Shown: positions 37,912 to 50,932 of the stretch, piece after piece
Layout of the letters: every line of letters begins with the position of its first letter
Position numbering within the stretch: the first letter of the stretch is position 1
From: Octopus sinensis
Taxonomy: Eukaryota
Direction: 5' to 3'
NCBI RefSeq assembly: GCF_006345805.1
Contig: NC_043008.1
Coordinates: forward strand, 18,414,001-18,478,000
Length of the DNA stretch: 64,000 nucleotides
Program-made: the position numbers and the translations under genes
The notes under the pieces: model-generated
Database searches by the model: none
Seen by the model: only the letters and a program-made list of their open reading frames with translations
What the model was told of the DNA's origin: nothing

Positions 37912-37915
<4 letters not shown>
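36555..37915 (-). mobile_element. Penelope-like retroelement (Naiad-type) RT, linker and start of GIY-YIG; pseudogenised
   Basis: SDSAQIA-LVGIYII; GLYRDD at 37515-37532; ANFLDSIL..YKP...SNHS..RLSKLS; IWLIIPYG..RNFP..NTKNLSQIISSHN; KYQCKITSGADVFFYIG. Confidence 0.9.
37590..37821 (+). mobile_element. Young SINE A monomer (alpha tail) inserted in the Penelope-like RT
   Basis: 18-bp TSD tatatatataccgacaaa at 37572-37589 / 37822-37839. Confidence 0.95.
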
Positions 37916-37990
<75 letters not shown>

Positions 37991-39181
37991 TGTGTATGTA
38001 TAAATATATATACATAAAAATTTATATATATTTACATTCGTATATATATATACGTACAAATATAAATATATATATACATACATATATATATGTATATGCA
38101 TATATATATGTATATATATATATATGTGTGTGTGTGTGCGCGTGTGTGCGTGTGTGTCTGTTTGTATGTATGTACGTATATTCTGCATAAGTCCAGTTAT
38201 TTCATTGTAAATGCTATATATCATTTTTTTGAAAAAGCCGTTATGTTTACTTTTACTTAAAAAAAAACATATTTTACGTTTATTTAAAACAACCAAAGAA
38301 TCATGCTCCATAGTTGAATCACCAAGAAATCACCGCATTTTAAAACCATTCAGATGCTATCACTGAATTATTGTGTCTCCAGCAAAGAGATCAATAGAAT
38401 TTGTTAACTGTTTCAGGTTGAGTGACGTTTAAATATTTCGCAAATGCAATTGAGATTTAGGAAATTAATGACAATCAAACATTGATCGCATTCCACTTGA
38501 CAAAATATTTTTTTCATCTGAACAGCAAGACACATATGGAAAATAATTTGGTAAAGCATCAAAAAAGTAGCTGAGAAGATTTAATAAGGCCTAGCGCTTG
38601 GTTTGTATCCATTACATGGATTTCAGTATAACTAAAGTGAAGATATTCTACGTGAGATTTAATTTGCGAAGTTATGATGTAACTGAAGACCTCAGAGATT
38701 TATGACACAGAAATAAAATGGTATATTCTATTATGTCGGAGTACTATATTCATTGGTTCACCTTAAGGAGTTTGATCTTTGTAGATAGTACCATGTAATT
38801 ATATACCTCGAAGTATTTGGCCTGGTCCTCTATTACATTTGACAGTATATTCTCTCTTTACTAGCGATCAGAATGCGATGCCTGAAACCGTTTATATGAA
38901 ACTATTAATAAGTGTTATTCATTTTCCACGCATAGTAATTTCATATAAACAAGCACCGTGAAATATTTCAGCTACGACGAATGTCATTATTTATACTACG
39001 CTTATTATCTCCCTAATGCTATAAAATTCAATTTAAGGCCATTGACCCGTACTAAACTTTGACCGAGCACTCTCGTAAATAATATTTAATATTGGTGGTA
39101 GCGGAATATGGTAAATATTTCATAACCAATTTTCTGCACTATAAACATATTATTAATATATATATTATATATACATGTATG

Positions 39182-39277
<96 letters not shown>

Positions 39278-40219
39278 AATGGAAAATTACCCATTAAAGG
39301 TAATTCTAATCAAATAAATGGTACATATATATAATTTGAGTAAACAGAATTATGTGCAACACATTTTAGAGGACAAGCTAGAATAGAATGCATTTATGTA
39401 TGCTATTTTAGAATTAACCTACTTAGAATTGTACTACGCAGCCAACGTATACTTAATGGTAAATATATACATCTTTTAGCAGCAATAAGTACCATAATTA
39501 CTGCATTTTTAACATTTGGCACTACAAATATTTCACTTCTGCTGATGGTCAAGCGGGATGACTTGAAGCAGCACCAAACACTTAATCCACCGTAACACGA
39601 ACAGAGGCGATTATCACATCCAGTGACCAGAGATGTCCGAAGCAAATGACATTAGTCAGCACTACTTAATACACATTTGGTATATATCGAATCAAAATCT
39701 AGTGCAATACGAACATATACATTTTCATATTTTCGCTTGGCCATTTGCTCCATCTTATATAGACATCTGTCGCTACTACGTACACGATGAGTTGGACCAT
39801 ATGCAAAGGAACTGAATCATGAAAACAAGGGAGGCTTCTTTTGAGAAAGATTTGTTCAACAGAATCGATACGAGATCTAGGAGAATATGTTTAGTGCAAT
39901 CTCAGAGGATATGGTAAAGCATAACTAGATAAACATTCAATCTTCCGTTAGCACAAGAATCTAACCTTCACCTCCCACGCTACAGATCGTGCTTATGGAT
40001 AATGCAAATTAATTAGTTGTCCTCATCTAGAAATTTACCTTTGCATGTGATGGGTACAGTTTAAGATACAGCGATGCTAGAGGCTGCAAGTTTTGTCTTA
40101 CTGATGTTGACTTTCACAGATTGGTGACAGGTAAATTAAATCTCGCAGAATTTGAATTAACAGGTGAATTAACAGTGTTATTATTAAATATCACATTAAC
40201 ACTTTACTATTAAGTTCAA

Positions 40220-40390
40220 ATTCTGGGATTTGCAGAATTGTTAGCATGCTGGACGACATGCTTCGCGGCATTTTGTCCGTCTTTACATTCAAAGTTTAAA
40301 AACCACCGATGTCGACTTCTTCCTTTTGGGGTCGATGACATAAGGACTAGTCAAGCATCAGGGGCCCCTTTGTGCCTATATTAGAAAGGA
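40220..40390 (+). mobile_element. Degenerate SINE A
   Basis: ttgcagaattgttagcatgc...gatgtcgacttcttccttttggggtcgat. Confidence 0.65.
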
Positions 40391-41729
40391 TTGTTAATTA
40401 TCACGATATAATTTTTGCTACACTCTACGGACTACGCAGTGTAATAGCTTCAATACCAATATTTTCTTTGAAGGATTATTCAATTTAACCGGTAGTCAGT
40501 ATCAGATAGAGATCGGAGAAAATTTACAAGTCTAAAATGGATGAGAAGTAGATTAAGAAATGAAAGACAGAGAACATAATTATAAATGCTGATTCTACGA
40601 GACGAAAATGCAATGTTAGTGTATATTTTCTGGTTATATATTGAAATTAATCGATGGCATAATTTCAACACTTTCCCTGACTTTTGGCTTATCTCAAAAT
40701 GATAGAAAACATTAATTCTAGAATTTCTATATTTGTACAAAGCTGAAATCACTATAACTTCAATATTTTTATTGATTTTTCGAGTGATTAACATGAATTT
40801 TGTTTTTATCTTCCTCTTGAATAAATTAATTGATTATTTTTTTTTCAACAACGTCGTCTTAGATTGATAGCTAGCAGTCAATAAAACAAGCGTATTCATA
40901 ACAATGACATCTCTGTAGAGGTCAATTTAGTTTAGTGAACGGAATCATGTGAATTAATTTCTCACGTACAGAGCAAAAACAGTCCCCAGTGTGAAGTAAT
41001 TATTTGTAATATTTGAAAGCAATTAAAGTTTGCATTGCCATGATTGTTGTGCAGTTCTTCCCGGTGAGACATCACTTCAGAATATAGATTTCTACTCCAG
41101 AATGAAGCCATTTCCCTACATCAAGCATAGTTCTGAACGCTGCTGAGAAATACATTAACGTCTGAGTTACCCTCGCTTCAATTCTACATTTTATTAACTT
41201 TAATACCAAAATAGTGTAAATACTGGCATTGATATATAAGATGTGGGTTCAAGTCGCACAAACAACCCTCGATCTTTCTGTTCAAATGTTTTTTTATTTA
41301 TAGCCTTATTTGCTTCAAGCTAAACTGCCCCAGAAACATAATAATACTTAATGCTTGAAAGAATAACATTCCTAAAATGTAAACAAAGGTTATAAGGCGA
41401 ACACTAGAGCGACTGTCATGTTTGCTGCAGACATTGGTTTCGAGATCCAGGGGCAGATTTTGTCTTTTCAAGCCAAAGGGATTTTTATTCCAATATTACA
41501 CGCTATTGTGTATAGCTTTATCTAATAGGAGTGAAAGCGTTCCAAAATAGAACAACTGTATTACACTCCGTTTTCAGTATTTTTCATACAACATATGCAA
41601 AGTTTTCTGCTACATTTCTTGTTTCTTTAATTGATTTTATTGCATACTTAACAGCAATCGTGCAGAATTCAGCATTTTTTCACATCCAACGCAACTGGAG
41701 TTCACTTATACATCCTTGTGTTGTCACTT

Positions 41730-41990
41730 TTATAATAATAATAATAATAATTATAATAATAATAATAATAATAATAATGATAATAATGGCTATCATTATT
41801 ATTATTGAGTGAGAGAGCATTGCAAGCTATCAAAGTGACAATGGGGCAAAATATACGAATCCCAGTATACCCATCATGACTATCAGTCTAATAGGACTAC
41901 AACAGGCACATGCATCACAACCATATATGCGGGAAATGGTGATCTCATATCAAGATAAACAGCGCATGCCCTCGCAGATTATTTCAGATA
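41730..41990 (-). mobile_element. Unclassified retroposon 3' end with (AAT)n tail
   Basis: Unique-looking segment ending ...gctctctcactcaataataataat on the minus strand, next to a long (TAA)n tract. Confidence 0.4.
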
Positions 41991-42079
41991 TTCCTATTTT
42001 AAAAATCCTCTCCTGCTAATCCTTGAGAGGACATTGGTGTTGCCTTGGCGAAGGTTTGTGCTCTCTGTGTGCTGTTGTT

Positions 42080-42395
42080 ATCATTATTATTGTTATAATA
42101 TGAAAACTCACAGCTTATTTTGCTCGGTATGATTCAAAGTGTCAGCTTTCCACAGCCAGCAGTCTAAGGTGACATATTTGTTTACTGATCATACTTCAAG
42201 AACCCTGCGAAACATTTGTGCTGTTCGAAGCATTGCTGATTTTTGTAGATGTTCAACATTCACACTTGCACCGATCTTTTTCAGCTATGTTGGTAGCTGT
42301 GAGCTGATACTCCCATGTGCACCAATTACTATTTGTATCACGTCTACTCTCTTCATTGACCAGAATCTTCAGGTTTCCCACTATTATTATTACCA
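42080..42395 (-). mobile_element. R4/Dong-type LINE extreme 3' fragment
   Basis: RFWSMKRVDVIQIVIGAHGSIS..LKKIG..VEHLQKSAMLRTAQMFRRVLEV*; (AAT)n-like sequence on both sides. Confidence 0.85.
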
Positions 42396-42404
42396 TTATT
42401 ATAT

Positions 42405-42615
42405 GAAGGCGGTGAGCTGGCAGAATCGTTATCTCGCTGGACGAAATGCTTAGCGGTATTTCGCCCGTCGCTACGTTCTGAGTTCAAATTACACCGAAGT
42501 CGATTTTGCCTTTCATTCTTTCGGGGTCGTTAAAATTAGTACCAACTGAGTACTGGGGGGGGGTCAATGAAATCGACTAGCCCTCTCCCCCAAATTCAGA
42601 CCTTGTGCCAATCGA
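42405..42615 (+). mobile_element. SINE A monomer with beta tail; another decayed copy follows at about 42640-42790
   Basis: aaggcggtgagctggcagaatcgtta...ccctctccccaaattcagaccttgtgcc. Confidence 0.85.
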
Positions 42616-43303
42616 AGAAAGGGTTAATCTCCCACTCTGCAAAAATACTGGCCGTGCAACAATTTCAGAATCTCTTTCAAAGACAGCGAACTGCGAGGAT
42701 CGTTGGAGTATCGCGAAAACTACCTTGTGACATTTGCTACGGTTCTCTCTACGTTCTGAGTTCAAATCCTGACGAGATCAACTTCGAATCTATGCAATTT
42801 AAAGTATGATAAACTAAAATAGAAATTAAGTACTGAATTCAATGTCACTGACTAAAACAACTCCCTCAAAATTGCTGACCTGTATCTAAATTAGAAACTA
42901 TCATAATAGAAGAAAGAGAAGGAGATAGAAGAGTAATACCACCGTTCTTTTCATCAATATTGTTTTATTGATAAGAAAGAATCAGAAATATTTAGTTGTC
43001 AGATAGCTTTTAATAACAAAATCGTTCAGAAAAGTGATATAACTGATAATTACAGATAGTCATAAATACTATTTCCCGCCCTCTAAATGAGAGCTAATTG
43101 TCAATAAAGCATAATTCTTCTAAACACATCTCTCCTCCGTTGATGACTTACACGTGTACACACTGGCATATATTTCTTTGTGTATAAGTATTTTGAGTAA
43201 GTCACATCTTAACCGTGTAACATGATGCATATGACCCATGACGCCGCCGTATCTACGATATACATCATATTTTAAGTGTATACGTTAAGCGTTCGAATAT
43301 GAG

Positions 43304-43951
43304 AAATGTCAGTGTATAAGACATTGATGTATCTCTGTATGAGTACAAATCTTGCATATATATTTACCTATTTCTATACTACACACAAGGGGCTAAACAC
43401 AGAGAGGACAGACAAACGGATCAAGTCGAATATATCGACATCACTGCGTAACTGGTACTTATTTAATCGACCCCGAAAGGATGAAAGGCAAAGTCGACCT
43501 CGGTGGAGTTTGAACTCATAACATTGCGGCAGACGAAATACCGCTAAGCATCTCGCTCGTCGTGCTAACGTTTCTGCCAGCTCACCAACCTACTAATCTT
43601 GCATATAAATGTATCGTGCTCACAAGGGGAGGGCCGTATGTTTACATTGGGCAGACGGCTTATTCATTTAAGCATCGTTATGGTAAACATGTCGCCAACT
43701 TTAAGACATTCAATGAGAGACATTCAACATCTTTGGCCGGTTTTGTATGGCGACGGAAGGTCGATAATATTAAGTACAGGAGAACTTAGTCCATAGTAAA
43801 GCACGCGAAACCATACAATATAATTTCCATGAGATGCCGTCTCTGCTCCGGGGAATTGCTCTCTATACTGTGGACTACACGCATATAAATGTACTTTCGC
43901 ATAATACACTGGGGATGAATTTTGATTAACTGCGAACATAATTTACTTTAA
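43304..43951 (+). mobile_element. Penelope-like (Naiad-type) Cys linker and GIY-YIG endonuclease remnant, split by a SINE
   Basis: KCQC...CMSTNLAY|KCIVLTRGGPYVYIGQTAYSFKHRYGKHVANFK..HSTSLAGFVW..*SIVKHAKPY..RCRLC..E...LINCEH*; YIG at 43643-43651. Confidence 0.88.
43361..43590 (-). mobile_element. SINE A monomer (alpha tail)
   Basis: 13-bp TSD aatcttgcatata at 43348-43360 / 43595-43607. Confidence 0.92.
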
Positions 43952-44457
43952 GGTGTGGCTGAACTATGTAGAAAGAAAATTAGCAGGTCGGGGCAAATAT
44001 CATCATTCACATATAAGATCAAAAATAAATTCACAGATGGAAAAAAGAAACGAACACGCAAATCAACGAGAAAAGTATTTAAAAAAACCGTTAACAAATT
44101 AACAAATGTAGATATGTATAAACGCCCTCGCCCAAGCGTGTTCACAAGCATCCGCGAAAATGTGAGCATACGCACACTTGAGGTTTGGTGTATCCGCAAT
44201 CACAAAGAGAGTGAAATATCTACTTGGTGTTTGTAAGAATGGAGACGTGAAAAGTGAACTTAGTTCATCCAGACCTTAAAGTAAATTATGTTAACTGTTA
44301 CTCATAATTCAATCCCACTGGATGGTGGGGAAGTACATTTATACGCGTGTAGGCATCTCGAGAGTCTTTCAGAAATTCTATTAAGGATCTTCTCATTATT
44401 CCACACACACACACACACACACTCACGCACACTTACACACTTAGACATACATATACA

Positions 44458-44695
<238 letters not shown>

Positions 44696-44728
44696 AAATA
44701 TAACGTGTGACAATTATTCGGTAGCCAT

Positions 44729-44789
44729 GATAAAACTCCGAGTTTCGGATGTCGGGGCGGAAAGCCACGCCGGCACCTCCTCAATTATC
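44729..44789 (-). ncRNA. Type I hammerhead-ribozyme-like motif (C3U, decayed stem II)
   Basis: GATAA-TTGAGGA-GGTGCCGGCGTGGC(TTTCC)GCCCCGACATCC-GAAA-CT(CGG)AG-TT-TTATC; stems I, II and III can all be drawn. Confidence 0.65.
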
Positions 44790-44799
44790 GGTCCATCGA

Positions 44800-45282
44800 A
44801 AAAACTGCTATGAAAATGACCGTTAAAACAAGAGGGAAATTTCTGTGTGATTAACCGTTATTAAGACAAATGACCTATTAGAATGACCGCTAAGTGAGAG
44901 ACCGGATTAGACCGGATATAGGGCGAAGAATTGGCTTCTTCGCGGCCACTATGCATTGAACTCTGTTCAATCGTGAGTTTCTCGCCCTTGTAATTGCTTC
45001 CGCACTCGCTCCAGTCGTTCGATTTGGCATCTGCGGACTTCCATCTCTTCCCCAAGATGGAAAGGCTGCTCAAAAGACGCCGTTTTAACACAGTTGTCGA
45101 GATCAAGCCTGAATCGCTGAAAGTCCTTGACTCGCATACGGAAATCGACTGCCAACTGGATTCTAAAAGTGGCAGGAACGCTGGGATTAGTGTTTACCTG
45201 CAAACAAAATAATGCTAAAACAGGTACGTAATTTATTTTCTATTAAACATAACTATTTCGGTAACCTTTTGATACTACCGCG
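44800..45282 (+). mobile_element. mariner (DD34D-type) transposase C-terminal remnant with 3' TIR
   Basis: REFLA..LPHSLQSFDLASADFHLFPKM..WQERWD; TIR-like ttcggtaaccttttgatactaccgcg followed by TA. Confidence 0.85.
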
Positions 45283-46241
45283 TACATACATCAACATACA
45301 ATTTAAAGTGCACACACGTATACACACGTAAACCTATTTACAAAGATACAAACACGTACACACACAGACACACGTACACACACACACACACACGCACGCA
45401 CACATATATCTATATATACGGGTGTATGTACATTTATACAAGCACATATATACCAGCATTCTTTAAATTCTTCTAAACATCGAAAAAACAAACCCTCACT
45501 ATTAATTTGTTGTTGTCAGTTCCCCAAAAGTATAGCCATGAGTTAAACGTCGTTCAAATATTTGTATGTAATATTATTTCGTTGATATGGTAGTATCTCT
45601 GCTTTTCACATTCAGGAAACAATAGATTTGTTATTCTCTCTATCGTATTTAATGTTTGCCTTCAGAATTGTTTTTCAATTACGATGCGTTTACACAATCA
45701 GTGATCTATGTTTCTTTCCGAAGTCTTTTACGTTTATTATTTCATCTCTTTATCTATGTGAGCGTTTTACCGAATATCGCCATGTTATTTCTCCCTTATA
45801 CGCTATTAGTATGAGTTTATGTTTACCTTAAGATAAATATTTCAGAATCATTCGACATTTGTATTTTGTTTAAATCAACTGGATGTTTACATTAAAACTA
45901 AAGCCAGTATATTTGTGTCGTTCTGGTGAATCATTGCTCTCTATTTTCTCATTGATAGCGACGTTTAATATTTGATCCCATGTTAGCTTTAAATAAAACA
46001 TCAATAGCATTCCCGTTGATAATTCGTAACAGTTGTGATGTTTTTCCGATCTTCACATTATATAATTGTAGGAAATATTTGGAGATTTTAAAGCTGCAAA
46101 ATATACGAGTAAAGAAAGAATAATTCGTATAAGAATTACCTAAAGATTTTGTGTACGAATAACAGACATCAGAGTATGAATGTTTGGTTTACAATAATGC
46201 TATGAAATAGCAGCAATTTCAGGATTAAAAAAAATATATAT

Positions 46242-46470
46242 TTCTTTACTACCCACAAGGGGCTAAACATGGAGAGGACAAACAAGGACAGACAAAGGGA
46301 TTAAGTCGATTACATCGACCCCAGTGCGAAACTGGTACTTTATTTATCGACCCCGAAAGGATGAAAGGCAAAGTCGACCTCTGTGGAATTTTGAACTCAG
46401 AACGTAACGACAGAGGAAATACCGCTAAGTATTTCGCCCGGCGCGCAAACGTTTCTGCCAGCTCGCCGCT
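46242..46470 (-). mobile_element. SINE A monomer (alpha tail)
   Basis: Full head, core and tail; imperfect TSD atttcaggattaaaaaaaatatatat / atttcacgataaaaatatatat. Confidence 0.92.
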
Positions 46471-47021
46471 TTATTTCACGATAAAAATATATATAAGCAT
46501 ATAAAAATTTCCACGTAGGAATCACAAGAAACTTGCTAGCCCAATAGTAAGGTCGCTGTTAATAAGATTCTGCGAAAAGTTTCAAAGGAATTATGTTGCC
46601 AATCGTTATGCAGTTTCACGTGAGAGAGCGGTAAGTCGAGACATACAACGCAAAACATTTAGTAAGACGCTTATTCAATGCCTTCGAAAATCTCCAAGGT
46701 TCGTTCAAAAATACCCAACTGTAGTTTCCCCCACCAACACTAGTGCAGAGTGGGAGATAACCACCTACGTTATAGCATCAGAGCCGACAGGTGACCACCA
46801 CAAAGGGAGATGACCCTCCCCCCATATTTATATCCGGTTCGTTTCCCTCTCCATACTTAAAAAAAGCCATAGGCCAACAAGTCTTTGGATCTGATTATAC
46901 GCCATAAAGATGCTCTTTAAGGTGAGAAACCCAGGGCAACACTATAAACAGGCCTTCACCAGTAATACGCACACACATACATAAATACATAATTATATAT
47001 ATACATATATATACGCATACA

Positions 47022-47233
47022 CAGGATGGCCCAAAAGTAGGTTTAAAATTATTAAATTATCTCTTTCGCATTCATATATTAATAGATTAGATCTTAATTA
47101 TTAAAAAATATGAATCCATTATTCTATGCAAATTTACTTAATTGTACGATAGAAATTGAAATGTCATAAAATGTTTTAAAAGAAATTTAAAGTCCCTACG
47201 TAATAACTGTGAACTTATTTTTCGGCCACTCTG
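47022..47233. mobile_element. Tc1-like MITE
   Basis: caggatggcccaaaagtag versus cttatttttcggccactctg followed by TA. Confidence 0.65.
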
Positions 47234-47249
47234 TACACATCGCATCTAT

Positions 47250-47640
47250 GTGTAGGCGCAGGATTGACAGTGTGAGAAGATGCTTGCCTCCCAACTACAT
47301 GGTTCTCGGTTCAGTCCTACTACGTGTCACCTTGGGAAAGTGTCTCCTATTATAGCCATGAGGTTTGTGAGTGAATTTGGTAGTTGGAGACTGAAAGAAG
47401 CCCGTCTTATATGTGTGTGTGTGTGGTGGGATACGTGTGTTTGTCACTTCCGTCACCGCTTGACAATCGGTTTTGATGTGTTTACATTCCCATAACATAG
47501 TGGTTGGATAAAAGAGATCGATAGAATAATAACCAGACTTAGAAAGAAAGACAAGTACAGCGGCCGATCCATTCGACAAAAAAACTTTTTCAAGGCGGTG
47601 CCCCAGCTTGGCCGCCGTCTAATGACTCAAACAAGCAAAT
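47250..47640 (+). mobile_element. SINE family D, near full length
   Basis: ggcgcagga...ggttctcggttcagtcc...caccttgggaaagtgtc (CORE-like) ...gactgaaagaagcccgtc...gcttgacaatcgg...gatagaata...caaggcggtgccccagc...tgactcaaacaag. Confidence 0.82.
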
Positions 47641-47939
47641 GTTATATTATAATACATTGCCAAGACTAAAAGACTTAAATTATTATTTTGAATTTAAGAG
47701 TGAAAGAAATATTTAATTACAGGATTTTTAAACACCACTTAGGAATTTCTGGAGCTGCGGGAAGCATGGATTTACGCCTTAATTACATTTATTGCTCAGG
47801 TCAATCCCGTAAGGTTCCCATTTATGGATTAAATAGATTTTCAGGAGTAGATAAAGATACCATTACTTTTGACAAAGCGGTGAGCAAAACAGGTATTCTA
47901 GGAGAAAGATAATCTGATATTAAACTTGTAGTTCAAATA

Positions 47940-48362
47940 GCACATACATACTAACATACATACAGCATACATAAATATATACATACATCATCCACACCAT
48001 CATTTATACACCTACACACGCATAGGTCAAGGTCGCCAGCCATCTTCCACACACACATACATGCTCTCTTATACATACGCACGCGCACCTTTGTTTTGGG
48101 ATCACCCCTACTTTATTATCCCCCCTTCTTCCTAGCTCTCATGTGTGACCCCTCTGTTCGGCATTCGCCATGATAGATCGCTAGCCACTACACATTCTTT
48201 ATTTTCTTTCACTGTTTCTTTCTGTGTTCGTTTCTGTGGAAGAGCGTATGCTCGAAACGTTAAAGACATTTTCACTTCCCGAGCGTTAAACTAATACATC
48301 TGTTTGTTGTATACACCAGCTGTCTTCGACTTTTGTTTTTTCTTTCTTTTTGCGAATTTCCC
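47940..48362 (+). mobile_element. Penelope-associated terminal-repeat-like element, copy 2
   Basis: Homologous to 23048-23460 in opposite orientation; ends at (TA)n. Confidence 0.65.
48231..48266 (+). ncRNA. Minimal hammerhead-ribozyme-like motif (A6U core variant)
   Basis: TTT-CTGTGGA-A-GAGC(GTAT)GCTC-GAAAC-GTT-AAA. Confidence 0.55.
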
Positions 48363-48388
48363 CTATATACATACATACAAATATATAC

Positions 48389-48423
<35 letters not shown>

Positions 48424-48443
48424 ATATATATATACACACACAC

Positions 48444-48478
<35 letters not shown>

Positions 48479-48517
48479 CACATATATATATATTTATATA
48501 TATATATATATACATAC

Positions 48518-48580
<63 letters not shown>

Positions 48581-48705
48581 CATATATTGTTATACACATG
48601 CATACATATATATCTATACATACATACACATACACACACAGATATATATATATATTTGTGTGTGTATGTGTGTATGTGTGTGTGCGTGTGTATACACATA
48701 TGTCA
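48363..48705. repeat. Compound (TA)n/(CA)n/(TG)n microsatellite
   Basis: Direct inspection. Confidence 0.95.
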
Positions 48706-49854
48706 TGCACTTTCTAATAATTACGAAACATCGCATTAATATAAACCCCATCCTACATATATATGGAGAATTTAAATTCTATAAAATTTCGTTATTCTCT
48801 TATTTTACCGGTTCCATTACAGTGAATAGCTCGACCTATTTACACAGCAGATTAAATAATCGATAATCGAAGAAATTAAAATTTATGTATGACCCCTCTA
48901 CGCATGAAAACATTAAGAAATATTTTTAGACATCAATATGAATGTTGAAGTTTCATCTTATTCTTTCGCATTTACTCAATATTATATAAATATTGATATA
49001 ACCAACCATTAAATATGTACCAGTGAAAATAGAATATATATCTTTTTTGAAAATATTATTGTTGCATAATTAATATTGTCTATATCTACGTCTATTTGTC
49101 TGTTCCTACTATGATCTATTTGTACAGACTAAAAGAGAAAGTAGACATAAAATTATCGAAAATTACCTACAATTAACGAAAATTACAATTTACAAATATA
49201 GCTTAGAAGTAATATCAAAAGAGTAATCTCGTTCGTCGGTCTACTTAAAAATTTGGGGCATTATACTCGTATGCTTTCACTAATTATAATCATATCGCCA
49301 TTCAAAATTCTGCAGAGCGTTTATGTTGAAGAGTTAATGTAAAACGAATGAAAACTATGACATAGAAGATAAAGCAAGCATAGATGATAATAACGGTGAG
49401 GAGGAGAAGAAGGAGGTAAAGAGAAACGAAGACGTCATAATATTGATATCACTAGTAATATAGAAATAATGATAAAATAACAATACATGTATAATTGCAA
49501 AGCAATTCAATGCTTCCGCTGAGAAAGATATTATAAAATGCCATAAACACATATGCAGACACACAGACTCCGAAACACTTAGACACCTGCATGTATGTGA
49601 TTATATGTGCAAACACATATAGATATATATGTATGAGTGTGCTTGTATAAGTGTACGTATACTTAGGCATTTGTACTGATAGGCATATAAGTATATATAT
49701 GTGCATGTGTGTGGCATATTATATGGATTATCTGGATAATAAACTCATAACGTACACTCAAAGCTCCTATGCTGTTATCTGCTACCATATGCTAACATGC
49801 AGCAGGGTTATTCCTTAAGCTGGGTAAACATGTGCAAGTCCGTTAGTGTATAGA

Positions 49855-50255
49855 ATCTTTATATATAAAAGTGAAGTTGTGTGTCTGTCTCCTACGATTT
49901 AGATTCCTAACTACTCCCACATTTTGCGGTGCAGTTTAACCAAAACCGGGTATCTTATAGTCGTGATTCATATTGAGCCCTTCTGGGTATTAGCGCGCGT
50001 CTACGATGAGTCTACGATTTAAAATAAAATTTACCATCATTTTTTTCCATTTTAATGCATTTTTCTCGCTATTATATAAAGGGAATAACTCTCTAAAAAT
50101 GTCTACGATGAGTCAACGATTTAAAAAAAAAATTACCATCATTTCTTTTCCATTTTTAAAGCATTTTTTTGCTATTTTTTGGCTATAACTCTCTAAAAAT
50201 GCTTATATAGTTATTTCCCTTACAAACCCGAGCAACGCCGGGCGATACTGCTAGT
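49855..50255 (-). mobile_element. Non-autonomous Helitron-like element, copy 2
   Basis: Reverse complement of 18240-18640 with scattered substitutions. Confidence 0.65.
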
Positions 50256-50601
50256 TTATATATAAAACTTCATACATCAAGAAGTGGGAATAAACAGGCT
50301 CTAATTAATAATTTCAACATCTATTTGCTGAGTTTTCATTCTTACTGAGTTTTCATTCGTATCCTACAAGATTAAACAATTTTATGAATAATTGCATAAC
50401 TAAATATGATCCAGCAACAGTTGTGCGCTGTCACTTCATCATTAGATTGCTTTAAAAGCACTGCTGGATCATGATTTGGTCTCCCTGTTTTTATATGATT
50501 TGCATAATTAAATTTCTCTCTTTACCGCGTAGTTCATAAATTCAAGGTGACATAAGTTATAAATACCAAAAAGGCGTATTTGTAGCCGAAGTATATATAT
50601 A

Positions 50602-50659
<58 letters not shown>

Positions 50660-50694
50660 GTAATAAAAAAAAATATATATATGTATATATGTAC

Positions 50695-50727
<33 letters not shown>

Positions 50728-50851
50728 CAGCAAAATTAAGGAACGGCCATTTTGCTGTTGAATTGATTAATAGTCTCTGACTATTTACTTTTTTCCCACT
50801 AGGCCGCTGGTGGCAAATAATTTCTGCTGAATTTTTTGTCCCCTATATTGA

Positions 50852-50932
<81 letters not shown>

